Assembly: GCA_031277235.1 (NCBI GenBank)
Contig: JAITMT010000359.1
Span: 1-39,464 of the forward strand
DNA from: Tannerella sp.
Lineage (GTDB): Bacteria; Bacteroidota; Bacteroidia; Bacteroidales; Tannerellaceae
Length of the DNA: 39,464 nucleotides
Direction of reading: 5' to 3'
A program made the position numbers and the translations under genes. The first letter of the stretch is position 1, and the number at the start of each line of letters is the position of its first letter. A model generated the notes under the pieces. The model had not been told where the DNA came from and searched no databases. It saw nothing but the letters and a program-made list of their open reading frames with translations. Below are positions 38,305-39,464 of the stretch, in pieces.

Positions 38305-39464
38305 AACTTTTTTCTTAACAAAGCCCAACCCGATCGCAATAAAAGACTTGCTATCAGGGGAATAAACGCAATGTTAAAATGCTGCGGAATGAAAATCCAA
38401 GCCACGCACATCGCGAAAATCACTGCAAAGTTAATAAAATGATACCAAAAAGCAGGCTTTTTCCATTTTTTTATGGCGAAAAAGACGGCGCCCAACAAAT
38501 GGAGCGGGTGCAACCAAAGCAAATTGATGTTCGGAAACGTGCTTGGATGCACGGAAATGAAACTCAGAAAAAATATAATGCAACCCGCAATGCCCGCTAC
38601 CAAAAACAAAAAACTGTCAATCCAGCGGAAATATTTTTGGGTAATCCGTTCAATAATAGTGGTTATCAGTAAAATAACGAATAAAATACTGAAACACAGA
38701 AGCGGGGACGACAGTATATTGAAAGGAGGTTCCGGTTTGGGTTGCTGTGGGGCGAGTATGTTGGTTTTGAGAACTATCGGTTGAGCGGTTGCTTCCCTGA
38801 CTATCACGGAATTGGCAAGATAATCTCTCAGATATTCGGGTATAAATAACCGTTCCTTTTGCGTCATCACGCGGTCGGTTGGCAGCCCTAAAACGAGGTC
38901 GCAACCCAGCGTTTGCCATTGCTGATATTTGGTGCAGGTATTGATGGCGTCCCGAAAAGTTTCCGTTATATCAACTCCCTGATAATTAATTGTTCCATTA
39001 ATATTTTTTTCAATCATTGCAATCGGGCGGGTGGCGCAGTTGTCGAAAAAGAAATTGTAGCGGTAAACCCGATGTTCGGGCGAGGCATTCAACGCCAACG
39101 CCTGCCATAACGCTTCCCGCTCCTGCGGCAACAGATTGAGAACCTGCTCGCAAACCTCGCTTCCCCGTTCCTGATACTCAATAAGATAATACTTAAAATC
39201 AAAAGCGGCTAACTTATAGTCGGTTTCGCCTTTTGCAAAACGGTAAATGAAATTCGGTTTTGAAAAATCGAAAATGCCGTAGTTGAACACCCAATCCATT
39301 TTTACCGAATCGTCCTTGACCCGAATCGCCGAATGACCGTACAGCGCATACACTTCTCCGTCGTGCGGCGAACTCGTTAAAAGGCTGATAATGGCGCCGG
39401 AACTCAACTTTTGCGCCTCGCTTGTTTCCGACGATAAATGTGCCGAAAACAACAATAACAAAAG
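38301..39464 (-). CDS. lnb: DUF4105 membrane protein, probable Bacteroidota lipoprotein N-acyltransferase (5' end beyond the window)
   Basis: YALYGHSAIRV, FNYGIFDF, YRYNFFFDNCATR (His/Cys pair), several C-terminal hydrophobic helices; frame open at the right edge. Confidence 0.8.
   Translation of the reverse strand, partial: LLLLLFSAHLSSETSEAQKLSSGAIISLLTSSPHDGEVYALYGHSAIRVKDDSVKMDWVFNYGIFDFSKPNFIYRFAKGETDYKLAAFDFKYYLIEYQERGSEVCEQVLNLLPQEREALWQALALNASPEHRVYRYNFFFDNCATRPIAMIEKNINGTINYQGVDITETFRDAINTCTKYQQWQTLGCDLVLGLPTDRVMTQKERLFIPEYLRDYLANSVIVREATAQPIVLKTNILAPQQPKPEPPFNILSSPLLCFSILFVILLITTIIERITQKYFRWIDSFLFLVAGIAGCIIFFLSFISVHPSTFPNINLLWLHPLHLLGAVFFAIKKWKKPAFWYHFINFAVIFAMCVAWIFIPQHFNIAFIPLIASLLLRSGWALLRKKL

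Noticed and set aside
1-39464. Lipoprotein-maturation genes (lgt, lnb-like) at both window ends
   Set aside because: They are about 37 kb apart in separate transcription units; probably a coincidence of the window.

Overview
Chromosomal window from a Bacteroidales bacterium. The taxon is inferred from TAnnTTTG promoters, the absence of tuf after fusA, a T9SS-type C-terminal domain and an lnb-like gene; Dysgonomonadaceae is only a guess. Left to right: lgt (cut at the edge) and an AlbA_2/wHTH gene; the complete str-S10-spc-alpha ribosomal superoperon on the minus strand (rpsL to rplQ, 1785-20117), including rpmD and rpmJ, which the ORF track missed; a divergent accessory block (20.4-27.3 kb); the menF-menD-menB-menC-menE cluster directly behind secA; a REP-like cluster; a probably inactive PafA-like phosphatase; and an lnb/DUF4105 gene cut at the right edge. 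The best candidate for an undescribed system is the three-gene operon at 20429-24739. It encodes a membrane-anchored TerB-C protein, a DUF2791 ATPase fused to PH-like and XpaC-like domains, and TelA. This resembles Shango anti-phage genes sngA and sngB, with the SngC helicase replaced by an XpaC/TelA module. Also notable are an unannotated ~120-nt sRNA with its own promoter and terminator, a 16S-mimicking candidate uS7 operator, selective strong Shine-Dalgarno sites, and dispersed 7-mer/8-mer intergenic repeat arrays. All domain calls are by eye; no searches were run.
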